Shown: one piece after another, positions 1 to 9,555 of the stretch
Position numbering within the stretch: position 1 is the first letter of the stretch
Layout: every line of letters begins with the position of its first letter
Assembly: GCA_963814375.1 (NCBI GenBank)
Contig: CAWFCQ010000007.1
Coordinates: forward strand, 1 to 64,000
DNA: 64,000 bases
Direction: 5' to 3'
Origin: an uncultured Chloroflexia bacterium
GTDB lineage: Bacteria > Chloroflexota > Limnocylindria > QHBO01
Made by a program: the position numbers and the translations under genes
The notes under the pieces: model-generated
The model's database searches: none
Seen by the model: only the letters and a program-made list of their open reading frames with translations
Told to the model about the DNA's origin: nothing

Positions 1-6
1 TCCTCG

Positions 7-819
7 TCATCTGAGCGTCCCGGTCGTGATCAGGTACGTTGCCGGCTCGCGCACCATGCGCTCGAAGATCGGGCGCAGCTTCGTGCTCACCGATTCCCAC
101 CGACCCTCCGGCTCAAGGAGGCGGCGGGCCGTGATGAGGGGTCCGAACGCACCGACGTAGAACTCGAAAGCATCATCCGGGTCGATGTCCGGATCGATGG
201 GCAGCTGGTCGACGATGAAATCCAGGTCGATCCCCGCGTCCGCGAAGAGCCCGCGCACATGGTCCGGATCCCCCCACGCCAGCGGATCCTCGGCAATCGC
301 CGGAGGCGCAGGCAGCTCAGCGGCGACCGCGCGGAACATGTCGGCAACGGTCCCCTCGGCCGTCCACGTCGCGAGGCCGATGCGGCCGCCCGGTCGCAGC
401 ACTCGCGCCATCTCACGCGCCGCGACCGCGTGACGCGGCGCGAACATCACACCGAACGACGAAAGCACGACGTCGAAGCTGTCATCGGCGAAGGGCAGTT
501 CCTCGGCGTCGCCCTCGACCCAATCGATCTCGACACCGGCGTCGGCCGCCCGTTGGCGGCCCGCCTCGAACATCTCAGGCGTGAGATCCAGCGCGGTGAC
601 CGATGCACCCGCCTCCGCTGCACGTACCGCGGCGTTGCCGGTGCCGGCGGCGACATCGAGCACCCGGTCGCCACTCGCAACGCCGGAATGAGTGACGATC
701 CGCTCGCCGACGGGCCAGACCCCCTCGGCAACCGCGTCATAGGTGCCCGAGGCCCACGTGTCCCGCGCCTGAGCCTTCAGCTGCTCGAGTCCCGCATCGG
801 TGATTGATGTCGTCGCCAT
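7..819 (-). CDS. Class I SAM-dependent methyltransferase (UbiE/Methyltransf_11-like)
   Basis: Motif I VLDVAAGTG, EGDAEELPFADDSFDVV and RVLRPGG; start taken at MATTS, preceded by GAGGAGG. Confidence 0.9.
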   Translation of the reverse strand: MATTSITDAGLEQLKAQARDTWASGTYDAVAEGVWPVGERIVTHSGVASGDRVLDVAAGTGNAAVRAAEAGASVTALDLTPEMFEAGRQRAADAGVEIDWVEGDAEELPFADDSFDVVLSSFGVMFAPRHAVAAREMARVLRPGGRIGLATWTAEGTVADMFRAVAAELPAPPAIAEDPLAWGDPDHVRGLFADAGIDLDFIVDQLPIDPDIDPDDAFEFYVGAFGPLITARRLLEPEGRWESVSTKLRPIFERMVREPATYLITTGTLR

Positions 820-841
820 TGATGGCCTCCTCAAACAATGC

Positions 842-881
842 GCACGATCGGTCGGTCACCTATCTATACGACCGGTCGTGC
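842..881. promoter_or_regulatory. Tandem palindromic operator, probably for the adjacent TetR
   Basis: Perfect palindrome ACGACCGGTCGT (868-879) and a near copy ACGATCGGTCGG (844-855) between the divergent methyltransferase and TetR genes. Confidence 0.7.
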
Positions 882-897
882 TATCTTGTCAAGACCC

Positions 898-1525
898 ATG
901 ACCACGACTACCGAGACGGCCCGAACCGACCTGCGCCGAGAGCGCGGCGATCGGACGCGGCGCGCGATCCTGGAGACCGCGGCGCAGCTGTCGAGCATCG
1001 AGGGCCTCGAGGAGCTGTCGATCGGCCGCCTGGCGGAGCACCTCGGTATCAGCAAGAGCGGCCTTTACGCGCACTTCCGGTCCAAGGAGGAGCTCCAGCT
1101 TGCCACCATCCGCGTGGCCGAGGAGCTGTACGAGGAGGCGATGGTTCGTCCTGCGATGGACGAGCCGGCGGGCGTCGCGCGGGTCATCCGGTTCGCCGAC
1201 CTCTACCTCGACTACCTGCGTGACGGGCCGTTCCCCGGCGGATGCTTCTTCATCGCCGCGTCGATCGACCCGGCGCGGAATCGCGGACCGGTGAAGGAGG
1301 CGCTTGCCGCCGCCCAGGCCGATCTGCTCGACTTCTTCGCCGATGAGATCGGCAACGGACAGGCGCTGGGCGAGATCCCCGACGACGTTCCCGCGCGCGA
1401 CCTCGCATTCGCCGCGGACGGGATGCTGACCGCCGCAGACCTCAACTACCTGCTCTTCGACGACGCCAACCTATCTCGAGCTTGCAAAGCAGGGCGTGCG
1501 CCGGCTGCTCGGGCGATCAGGCTGA
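898..1525 (+). CDS. TetR/AcrR family regulator (frameshift near 1472)
   Basis: HTH SIGRLAEHLGISKSGLYAHFRSKEEL and GGCFF motif; the alternate frame gives YLELAKQGVRRLLGRSG* ending at 1525. Confidence 0.88.
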
Positions 1526-1563
1526 AGCGCCAGCCACAGGACCGGCTCCCAAAGGTCCGCCCC

Positions 1564-1695
1564 TCAGGTCCGCTTCGTCGGTTTGGGCTTGAGCGAGGCC
1601 ACGTAGTCGCAACTGCGGCCAAACCAGGGCGCCAGCTCCTCGAGCTCTCCCAGGAGGTCGCCGGGGACAGCGACGTACTCCTTCATGACCGCCCC
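1564..1695 (-). pseudogene. 3' remnant of a TfoX/Sxy-like protein
   Basis: Manual translation GAVMKEYVAVPGDLLGELEELAPWFGRSCDYVASLKPKPTKRT*; in-frame stop about 40 nt upstream, N-terminus missing. Confidence 0.55.
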
Positions 1696-1917
1696 GGCGC
1701 AGCTCGGGCTCGAATAGGCATTACGAGATAGCTATAGGCACAACCCAGCGGGCGACGCATGCTGCGGCCAGTTCCGGCCGTCGTCTGGTCTCTGAATGGC
1801 GGGGGTCTCCGGGGTGATCATGCGGCGCCCCTCCGACCCGACTGCTCGTGTCCGCACGCCGAGCAGTGATCCTCACCATTCAGGCCGGGCGACTGGCACA
1901 GCCGCATACTGAAATCG

Positions 1918-3372
1918 ATGCGGATCCTGATCGTCGGCGCGAGCGGCTACGTCGGCGGGCGGTTGCCGTCCCTGCTGGAGGCGGCCGGCCACGAGCTCGT
2001 GCTCACGAGCCGGAACACTACCTCGCTGGAGGGCCGCTTCCCAGGCGCGCAACTGGTGGCCGCCGATCTGCTGAAGCCGGAGACGCTGCCGGCGGCCGTC
2101 GAGGGCGTTGGCGTCGCTTACTACCTCGCCCACGCCATGCGTTCCGGTGAGCGCGGCTTCGCCGAGCGGGACCGCGCCTCCGCGCGGAACTTTGCGCGGG
2201 CGGCGGCAGCCGCCGGGGTGGGACGCATCGTCTACCTTGGCGGGCTCGGTGACGACCGTGCTGACCTGTCGCCGCACCTCATGAGCCGCCACCACGCCGG
2301 CGCCGAGCTGGCTTCCCATGGCGTGGCGGTGACCGAGTTCCGCGCGGCCATCGTCATCGGCTCAGGGAGCGCATCGTTCGAGATCCTCCGAAACCTCACC
2401 GAGCGCCTGCCGATCATGATCACGCCGCGCTGGGTCAGGACGCGCTGCCAGCCGATCGGCATCCGCGACGTCCTCGACTACCTCGTCGGCGCTATCGAGC
2501 ATCCGGAGATCACCGGCATCGTCGAGATCGGCGGGCCGGATGTCCTGTCGTACGGCGACATGATGCGCGGGTACGCCCGGCTCCGCGGCCTGCGCAGGTT
2601 GATGATCCCGGTCCCCGTACTGACACCCCGCCTGAGCTCGTATTGGGTCAGCCTCGTCTCGCCGGTACCAGCCGGGATTGCCCGTCCGCTCATCGAGGGC
2701 CTGCGCAATGAGGTCGTCGTGCGGAACCCGGAGTCAGCAGCCCGGTTCGGCCTCCGGCCTCAAACCTACGAAGGGGCGATTCGGCGCGCAATCGAACGAA
2801 CCGATCGCCACGAGGTCGAGTCGACGTGGTTCGACGCGCTCGCCACGCCGGATATGCCGGTGCTGGCCACCTCGCACGAGGGGATGATCATCGAGAGGAG
2901 GCAGCGCGCGGTGGCGGCCAGCGCAGACCGCGTGTTCGCGGAGGTGGAGCGCATCGGCGGCCGTTCCGGCTGGCCGTACGCGAACGTGTTGTGGCGGGTG
3001 CGCGGCCTCATGGATCGGTTTGTTGGCGGCATCGGTATGCGACTCGGCCGCCGGGCGCAGCATCGACTCCGGGTCGGGGATGCCCTCGACTTCTGGCGGG
3101 TGGAAGCCCTGCGCCGTCCCGAGCTGCTTCGGCTCCGAGCCGAGATGAAGGTGCCCGGTCGGGCTTGGCTGCAGTGGGAGGTCGTTCCGGCGGCGCACGG
3201 CAGCCGGCTGGTCCAGACGGCCTTCTTCGAGCCGAAGGGGCTGCCCGGGATCGCCTATTGGTATGTCCTCTACCCCGTCCACGGCCTTATCTTCCGCGGC
3301 ATGGTCCGCGTACTGGCCGCGCGCGCAGAGCGTCCCGCTCCGGTCGAGCCCGAGCGATCCCGCGCTTCGTGA
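1918..3372 (+). CDS. NAD(P)-binding SDR-like oxidoreductase with C-terminal DUF2867 (YbjT-like)
   Basis: GASGYVGG Rossmann motif, GSGSASFE, LRVGDALDFWRVE and LRAEMKVPGRAWL. Confidence 0.9.
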   Translation: MRILIVGASGYVGGRLPSLLEAAGHELVLTSRNTTSLEGRFPGAQLVAADLLKPETLPAAVEGVGVAYYLAHAMRSGERGFAERDRASARNFARAAAAAGVGRIVYLGGLGDDRADLSPHLMSRHHAGAELASHGVAVTEFRAAIVIGSGSASFEILRNLTERLPIMITPRWVRTRCQPIGIRDVLDYLVGAIEHPEITGIVEIGGPDVLSYGDMMRGYARLRGLRRLMIPVPVLTPRLSSYWVSLVSPVPAGIARPLIEGLRNEVVVRNPESAARFGLRPQTYEGAIRRAIERTDRHEVESTWFDALATPDMPVLATSHEGMIIERRQRAVAASADRVFAEVERIGGRSGWPYANVLWRVRGLMDRFVGGIGMRLGRRAQHRLRVGDALDFWRVEALRRPELLRLRAEMKVPGRAWLQWEVVPAAHGSRLVQTAFFEPKGLPGIAYWYVLYPVHGLIFRGMVRVLAARAERPAPVEPERSRAS

Positions 3373-3485
3373 CCAAGGACCAGACGCACGTCGAAGACGC
3401 ACATCGGCACCGTCGTTCGCGCTCGACGAGCGAAGAGCCCGACCGCCGAAGCGACCGGGCTCAATAGCGCTGGAACGCTGGCCCG

Positions 3486-3797
3486 TCAGCCGCACCACGG
3501 GTAGACGAACAGGCTGGCGTCGCCGGCCCGATGGTCGGCCAGGAGGACGGGGAACGGGATCGGATCGGGAACGCCCGAGATGTCCGCGCCCGCTCGCACG
3601 GTGACGCCGAGGCTCACCGCGAGGGCGATCGGTACGCCGCCGCGAGCCGCGTCGTCGAGGAGGCCGGCACCCTTGAGCGTCGCGATGCCCGCGCGCATGC
3701 AATCGGTGTCGGGCCGGGTTTTGGCGGCGGCCGTCCCGGCGATGGTCGTGATGGCCAAGGTGGCAGCCACCAGGGAGAGTGCGATCTTCCGCTTCAT
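3486..3797 (-). CDS. Small secreted hypothetical protein with two Cys
   Basis: Signal peptide MKRKIALSLVAATLAITTIAGTAAA. Confidence 0.65.
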   Translation of the reverse strand: MKRKIALSLVAATLAITTIAGTAAAKTRPDTDCMRAGIATLKGAGLLDDAARGGVPIALAVSLGVTVRAGADISGVPDPIPFPVLLADHRAGDASLFVYPWCG

Positions 3798-3931
3798 GAC
3801 AGGGTCCCCTTCTTCGTGGATGGCATTCCGCTTGCTGTAGAGTGTTTGTACACTCCAGCGGACCCATGCTAGAAGACCCGGCAGGCTGCTGTCAAGTGTT
3901 TGTCTATAGTTGACTTAGGAGGACCCCCACC

Positions 3932-4378
3932 ATGGTTCAGCATCCCGCTAAGCGAGGCGACCTGACATCCGTGACCCAGCTGCTCAAGAAGCTTGACATC
4001 TGCATGCTCACTACGCGCGCCGACGACGGAGCGCTCCACGGCCGACCGATGTCCAACAACGGAGAGGTCGAATACGACGGCGACTCGTGGTTCTTCTCAT
4101 TCAGCGACAGCCGCAAGGTCCGCGAGATCGACGCCGATCCGCGGACAGAACTGGCGTTCATCGACACGCCGAACGGGACGTGGGTGAACGTCGAGGGCGA
4201 GGCGACGGTCGTCCGTGACGATCCGGAACGCAAGCGGGCGCTGTGGCAGGAGGACCTGAAGCGCTGGTTCGCGGAGGGTCCCGACGATCCGAACGTCGTG
4301 CTGATCAAGGTCACCGCACGTCATATCGACGCCTGGTCCGGCTCAGACGAGTACTCCCTCGACCTCGACGATAGCTGA
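3932..4378 (+). CDS. Pyridoxamine 5'-phosphate oxidase-like general stress protein (Gsp26/YdaG-like)
   Basis: ICMLTT...LHGRPMS and WF.EGPDDPNVVLIKV; AGGAGG RBS. Confidence 0.88.
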   Translation: MVQHPAKRGDLTSVTQLLKKLDICMLTTRADDGALHGRPMSNNGEVEYDGDSWFFSFSDSRKVREIDADPRTELAFIDTPNGTWVNVEGEATVVRDDPERKRALWQEDLKRWFAEGPDDPNVVLIKVTARHIDAWSGSDEYSLDLDDS

Positions 4379-4423
4379 CCCACGTAGGAGATCGACGACC
4401 GACACGGGCTCCGACGGCGCCGA

Positions 4424-4600
4424 TCACCGTCGGCTGCTATGGCCGGCGGAGAGGACGAATCGGACGGCCAGCTCGACCGCCTCGGCGTGAGTGCACTCCT
4501 CCACGACCGCAAGCGACCGCCAGGCCCAGAAGCCGAGGACGTGCCCGATGGCGGCGCGGACGGAGTGCGAAGCCCGGAGCGCGCGCCACCGGCCGAACCA
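4424..4600 (-). pseudogene. Possible 3' remnant of a TetR-family gene
   Basis: Manual translation ...VRAAIGHVLGFWAWRSLAVVEECTHAEAVELAVRFVLSAGHSSRR* resembles TetR C-terminal helices; no HTH upstream. Confidence 0.4.
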
Positions 4601-4645
4601 GCTCAGTGGCCGCGCACGCCTCTGCGGCCGCTACCCTAGCCACCG

Positions 4646-5818
4646 ATGCTCAAGCCCGAGTCCGCGTGCCTCGCCATTGCCGACATCTCCGGTTACACCA
4701 GGTTCCTGGCCGGAGCCGAGCTCGATCACGCGCAGGACATCCTCGCCGACCTCATGAGCACGGTCGCAACGAGCCTTCGCCCGACTCTTCGCCTTGCGAA
4801 ATTCGAGGGTGACGCCGTCTTCGTCTACGCGATCACCGATGCGCTCGACGGTCCCCTGCTCCAGGACACCGTAGAGCGGTCGTACTTCGCCTTCCAGCGC
4901 CGACTGCGGGACATCCGCCAGGCCTCATCCTGCGAGTGCAACGCGTGCGTCCTCGTCCCCAACCTCGACCTGAAGTTCGTCCTGCACCACGGCCAGGTCG
5001 TGCGCCAGCGCATCGGCACCTCGGAGGAGCTCGTCGGGAGCGACGTGATCGTCGTCCACCGCCTGCTGAAGAGCAGCGTGGTCGAAGCCACCGGCATCAG
5101 CGCGTACGCGCTCTACACCGACGCCTGCCTGGCCGCGATGGGCCTCGATGACCCGGCCGCGGCTGGAATGGTCGCCTACGGCGAGGATCTCGACGACGTC
5201 GGAGAGATCAACGGCTGGGTGGTCGACCTCCATGCCGCATGGGTGTCCGAGCTCGACCGCGCTCAACTGGTCGTCGAGAGGGAGGGCGCCCTGCGCGTGT
5301 ATGACGTTCTACTCGACGCGCCACCAGCGCTCGCGTGGGAGTACATCACCTCCCCCAGGCTGAGGCCGAAGTGGCAATACGGAGTGGAGGCCATCGTCCA
5401 GGAGGCCGGGCCGGCCGGCCGGCGAGGCATCGGCACCGTCAACCACTGCATGCACGGCAAGGACACGATCATCGAGGAGGTCCTCGACTGGCAGCCGAAC
5501 GACCACGTGACGTATCGGTCGCTGTTGCCGATGCCGGACGCCCCGAAGCTCCTGAACACCTTTGCCTTCACCGATGCCGGTGATGGCCGAACGCGCGTGG
5601 AGTTCCGAATTGGGCGACCGAAGTCGGCGAAGGATCGAGCCGTCGCGCTCGGGATGGTGCCGATGCTCGACGGGATGATCGCCAGGGGCTTCGAGTCTCT
5701 CGTCCCCCTGATCGCCGAGGCTTCGAAGGCCACTGCGACGGCCGAGCTCCCCGACGAGCCCGATCTGCCGGTCTCGCTCCGGCGCAACGACACCGAGCCG
5801 ATCGTCAGCGGCAGCTGA
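4646..5818 (+). CDS. DUF2652 (class III cyclase-like fold) fused to an SRPBCC/START domain
   Basis: IADISGYT, KFEGDA, CECNAC, LKFVLHHG, GSDVIVVHRLLK; C-terminal APPALAWEYITSP..RPKW...NHCMHG. Confidence 0.85.
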   Translation: MLKPESACLAIADISGYTRFLAGAELDHAQDILADLMSTVATSLRPTLRLAKFEGDAVFVYAITDALDGPLLQDTVERSYFAFQRRLRDIRQASSCECNACVLVPNLDLKFVLHHGQVVRQRIGTSEELVGSDVIVVHRLLKSSVVEATGISAYALYTDACLAAMGLDDPAAAGMVAYGEDLDDVGEINGWVVDLHAAWVSELDRAQLVVEREGALRVYDVLLDAPPALAWEYITSPRLRPKWQYGVEAIVQEAGPAGRRGIGTVNHCMHGKDTIIEEVLDWQPNDHVTYRSLLPMPDAPKLLNTFAFTDAGDGRTRVEFRIGRPKSAKDRAVALGMVPMLDGMIARGFESLVPLIAEASKATATAELPDEPDLPVSLRRNDTEPIVSGS

Positions 5819-5843
5819 TCTGAGCTTCACCCACCTGCAGGAA

Positions 5844-6986
5844 TCAGGACTTCGGGATCTCCTTCGTAGGATCGATGAACGGCATCGGCACCACGGTCGC
5901 CGATCGCTCGCCATCGGGACAGCCGACCGCCACGGACGTCCCATCGGTCGCCATCTCGATTGGCAACCACGCGTAGCCGATGTTCTTCTCCAGACGTGGT
6001 GACCAGAGGGCGGTGGTGACCTCGCCGGCCGGGCGACCATCGGCGTGGACCGGCCACTTCGTGAAGTTCATCTCCAGCTTGGCGCCGCCGATCTCCACGC
6101 CCACGAGCTTGCGGCTGACGCCCTCGTCGCGGATCCGTCGCAGCGCCGCCTTGCCCTTGAATTCGAAGTCGCCGTCCAGATTGCACAGCCGTTCCAGGCC
6201 GACCTCAAACGGGTTGTTGGCGATCGTCATGTCGGCGCCCCAGTTCAGGATTCCGCCCTCGACGCGCCGGATGTCGACGGGTCCGGTCGGCCTGATGTCG
6301 TAGGGCTTCCCCGCCTCCATGATCCGCTCCCAAAGCTCGGTCCCGCGGCTGCCGTCGCGCAGGTAGACCTCGTACCCCACCTCGGCAGTCCATCCGGTTC
6401 GAGTCACGATCACCGGGATCCCATCGAGCTCGAGCTCGCGGAACCAGTAGTACTTCAGCGACAGGATGTCGTCGCCGAAGAGCGCGGCCACCACGTCGCG
6501 TGAGCGCGGCCCCTGGATCTGCACCGGGGAGACGTCGGGCTCGGTGAGCTGGACGTCCCACCCCAGGTCCGCCGCCAGGCCCATGGCATACAGCAGCGCG
6601 TCTGAGCTGGCGAGCGCGAACCAGAAGTGGTTCTCCCCCAGCCGCAACATGACCGGGTCGTTGACGATCCCGCCATCGGGCGCCGTGATGAGCACGTACT
6701 TCCCCTGACCAACGGCGCACTTCGACAGGTCTCGCGGAGTTAAGAGCTGGGCGAAGCGGAACCCATCCCGCCCCTGCACCTCGAGCTGTCGCTCGACCGC
6801 GACGTCCCACAGCGTGACGTGCCGCAACAGGTGCCAGTACTCCGCCTCGAAGTCGTCGAAGCTGATCGGGAACAGCATGTGGTTGTAGACGGTGTATCCG
6901 CGCGGCCCATACGCCTGCTCGGCCTCGAAGAAAGGCGACTGACGCAGCCGCGCCCCGCGCTGGACCAGGCTCATGTCAAAGGCCAT
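5844..6986 (-). CDS. GcvT-family aminomethyltransferase (DmdA-like)
   Basis: LWDVAVERQLEVQG, GGIVNDPVMLRL, TRTGWTAEVGYEVY, IRRVEGG and SPRLEKNIGYA. Confidence 0.9.
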   Translation of the reverse strand: MAFDMSLVQRGARLRQSPFFEAEQAYGPRGYTVYNHMLFPISFDDFEAEYWHLLRHVTLWDVAVERQLEVQGRDGFRFAQLLTPRDLSKCAVGQGKYVLITAPDGGIVNDPVMLRLGENHFWFALASSDALLYAMGLAADLGWDVQLTEPDVSPVQIQGPRSRDVVAALFGDDILSLKYYWFRELELDGIPVIVTRTGWTAEVGYEVYLRDGSRGTELWERIMEAGKPYDIRPTGPVDIRRVEGGILNWGADMTIANNPFEVGLERLCNLDGDFEFKGKAALRRIRDEGVSRKLVGVEIGGAKLEMNFTKWPVHADGRPAGEVTTALWSPRLEKNIGYAWLPIEMATDGTSVAVGCPDGERSATVVPMPFIDPTKEIPKS

Positions 6987-7194
6987 CTGCTCACCCACTC
7001 CGTTAGGACGAAGAAACTAGAGCCGGACGGACCCATTCGTCCACGACCCGGCAACCGCCCGATCCTACCTGCCCATCGGAAGTCAACGTGACAGTTCGCC
7101 CAGGAACTCCTTGGCGACCCGGCTAATCGGGCCACGCGGGGTTTGCGACGACCGTGAGGCATGGCTACTTGCGCACCGGGAGTATCGTGCGGCG

Positions 7195-7404
7195 ATGCCT
7201 ACGTTCGTGGAAGCCTTGACCCTTACGGCCCTTGTGGCTGCAACCCTCGAATACGCCATCGTGATGCGGCACCGCGAGGAGCAGCGCGACGCGATCCGTT
7301 GGCAGGCCCAGGTACAGGAGTCACTGACATCCGTCGGCCGTAGCATCGCGGCACCAGTGCGTCGCTGGACGGACGACGGCACTCGGTTCCGAGTGGAGCG
7401 CTAG
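7195..7404 (+). CDS. Small hypothetical protein with N-terminal hydrophobic segment
   Basis: 69 aa ORF; TATCGT hexamer 6 nt before the ATG (leaderless-type). Confidence 0.45.
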   Translation: MPTFVEALTLTALVAATLEYAIVMRHREEQRDAIRWQAQVQESLTSVGRSIAAPVRRWTDDGTRFRVER

Positions 7405-7416
7405 CCGACCAGCGCG

Positions 7417-7725
7417 TCAGATGCCTGACGCCTCCCCCTCTCCACCGACCGATTCGCCAATTCGGCTTTTCGCCTGTGCTTCTGCCTGCGCCTGCTGGAT
7501 TCGGATCGCCGCCGCCGTTTGAGCCTCGGCGGACTCGCGGATCGCCTTCTCGAGCTTCTGCGTGCGACTGTCGGCGTTGGCGGAGCTCACGACCAACAGT
7601 GCCCAAATCGCAGCAATCGGCCATCCGATCAGCGTGATCATCAGGAAGAAGCAGAGCACCGCCTGGAATGGGCGCCCCTTCAACAGCATCGCCAACGGTG
7701 GAAGCAGGATCGCAACGACGAACAT
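7417..7725 (-). CDS. YqaE/Pmp3 family membrane protein with coiled-coil tail
   Basis: AILLPPLA...LIGWPIAAIWALLVV. Confidence 0.8.
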   Translation of the reverse strand: MFVVAILLPPLAMLLKGRPFQAVLCFFLMITLIGWPIAAIWALLVVSSANADSRTQKLEKAIRESAEAQTAAAIRIQQAQAEAQAKSRIGESVGGEGEASGI

Positions 7726-7783
7726 GTGAAGGGCTCCTCCCAGCAACTTACGGCGCATGCCCTCCGTTCGAACAGGATAGCCG

Positions 7784-8122
7784 TCAGATGAACGGGCGCA
7801 CCTCTACCGGCACCCGACACGCGACGGCGGCCTTGCGCCCCCACGCCAGCGCCTCGTCCAGGTCCGCGGCTTCCAGCACCCACAGACCGCCGACGTACTC
7901 CTTGCTCTCCAGGTACGGCCCGTCGGTGATGACCACCTTGCCATCGGGCTGCGCTCGCAGCGACGTCGCGCTGTTTGCCGGATGCAGGCCGCCAACGAAG
8001 ACCCTGACACCAGCCGCGACCATCTCGTCGTTCAGCTCGTCGATGTCTCGAGACATCGCTTCGTCCTCGACGGATGGGTCGTAGTCCTCGGGGTGGTGAA
8101 TCGTAACCAAGTACTGCGTCAT
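7784..8122 (-). CDS. YciI family protein
   Basis: GGLHP...ITDGPYLESKEYVGGLWV...VEVRPF. Confidence 0.92.
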   Translation of the reverse strand: MTQYLVTIHHPEDYDPSVEDEAMSRDIDELNDEMVAAGVRVFVGGLHPANSATSLRAQPDGKVVITDGPYLESKEYVGGLWVLEAADLDEALAWGRKAAVACRVPVEVRPFI

Positions 8123-8563
8123 GACTCTCAGCTCTAATGCTCTCCCGGCGGGCTGTTTGCCCTGCCTTCACTGTACCGACGAACGGCCCGCCCGAGATCA
8201 GACACGGGCCGCCGGTTCGATGCGATGCCAATGCGGCGCCGTCGGATATTGGCCCTAGACGGGGCCAGGGCACGCCGGTCTCCAGAGCGTGCGCATACTC
8301 CGCCGCCCGGTCATCGTCGTGCCCGCGGATCTGCGATAGAAACGGGAAGTTGTCAGGCTCCACGCCCACGCGGGCAAGCGGCCGCACGGCCGTCAGCGCC
8401 GGCCCGACGGCTTCTCGGGGAATCGCAGGTCCCACGTGAAGAGGCCATCGTCGTTCGGCAGCATGAGGGCCACCGGCTCAGCGTCCTCCGGCGCCGACCC
8501 GACGTCCGGAAGGGGCCCCCTCAGACCCTGCACCACTCGCGGCGAAGCCGCGCCTACACGTGT

Positions 8564-8878
8564 TCAGTGGATCGCGGGACGCTGCTCCCTCGGCTGCCCG
8601 TCCGCCTCCGCATCGGCTCGGTCGATCGCAGAGCCAATCCGCTCGAGCACCAGGTCGAGTTCGTCGTGCGCTGCATTCAGGTCGTCGACGATCGCCTGGA
8701 GGGAAGGCGTCGTTTCGACGTCATCGCGGATGCTGAGCAGGAGCCGATGCGCGACATTGACGAGGACCGAGACTTCATTGAGGTCGTCCGCGACCGCCGA
8801 CGGTTCCACTTGCCCACCTATGCTGCGAGGCCTTCCCACGGTACGCCGTTCGGACGCTACTGCGCGAGCTGACCTCAA
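8564..8878 (-). CDS. Hypothetical helical protein (start uncertain)
   Basis: Amphipathic helical ORF with GC3-biased codons; no recognisable motif. Confidence 0.4.
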   Translation of the reverse strand: MRSARAVASERRTVGRPRSIGGQVEPSAVADDLNEVSVLVNVAHRLLLSIRDDVETTPSLQAIVDDLNAAHDELDLVLERIGSAIDRADAEADGQPREQRPAIH

Positions 8879-8949
8879 TAATCGGGTAGCTCCACCTTGG
8901 CCACCTCATCGGCTGCCGAGCGACGAGGACGAAGCGGCGCGACGATTCC

Positions 8950-9555
8950 TCACAGCCAGCCTCGATCACGCGCCACCCGCGCGGCCGCGACTCGGTTCGT
9001 GGCGCCGAGCTTGCCCATCGCCTCGGAGAGGTAGTTGCGTACCGTTCCCTCCGAGAGGGTAAGCCGATCGGCGATCGCGGCGTTGCCGAGGCCCTCGCCG
9101 GCGAGCCGCACGACCTGCCGCTCTCGCTCGGTGAGTGGATCGGGCTCACTCCATGCATCGGCGGCGAGCTCCGGGTCGATCGCCCGGCGGCCGGCATGGA
9201 CGGCGCGAACCGCGTCCACGAGCTTCGTCACGGGTGCGTCCTTGAGCAGGTAACCCGCCGCACCCGCGTCGAGCGCCCGCCGCAGGTACCCGGCGCGCGC
9301 GAAGGTCGTCACGATCAGGACCCGCGTCGGGAGGCCTCGCCGCCGGATCTCGGCCGCCACCTCCAGCCCGGTCCGGCCCGGCATCTCGATGTCGGTGAGC
9401 AGCACGTCCGGCCCGAGCGCCGCGACGAGCCGCAATGCCTCGTCCCCGTCCGGTGCCGTCCCGACCACGTCGATGTCCTGCTCGAGCCCCAGCAGCGTTC
9501 CGAGCGCGCCGAGGACGAGCAGCTGGTCCTCGGCCAGGACGACGCGGATGCTCAC
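8950..9555 (-). CDS. NarL/LuxR family response regulator (DesR/YvfU-like)
   Basis: AEDQ, LTDIEMPG, TTF, YLLKD and LuxR HTH SEGTVRNYLS. Confidence 0.93.
   Translation of the reverse strand: MSIRVVLAEDQLLVLGALGTLLGLEQDIDVVGTAPDGDEALRLVAALGPDVLLTDIEMPGRTGLEVAAEIRRRGLPTRVLIVTTFARAGYLRRALDAGAAGYLLKDAPVTKLVDAVRAVHAGRRAIDPELAADAWSEPDPLTERERQVVRLAGEGLGNAAIADRLTLSEGTVRNYLSEAMGKLGATNRVAAARVARDRGWL

Noticed and set aside
7017-7060. SAM-I-like riboswitch (AGAGCCGG...CCGGCAACC)
   Set aside because: It lacks the AUC and the GGUGC partner of P3 and lies on the strand opposite the GcvT-like gene; better explained as a plain hairpin.
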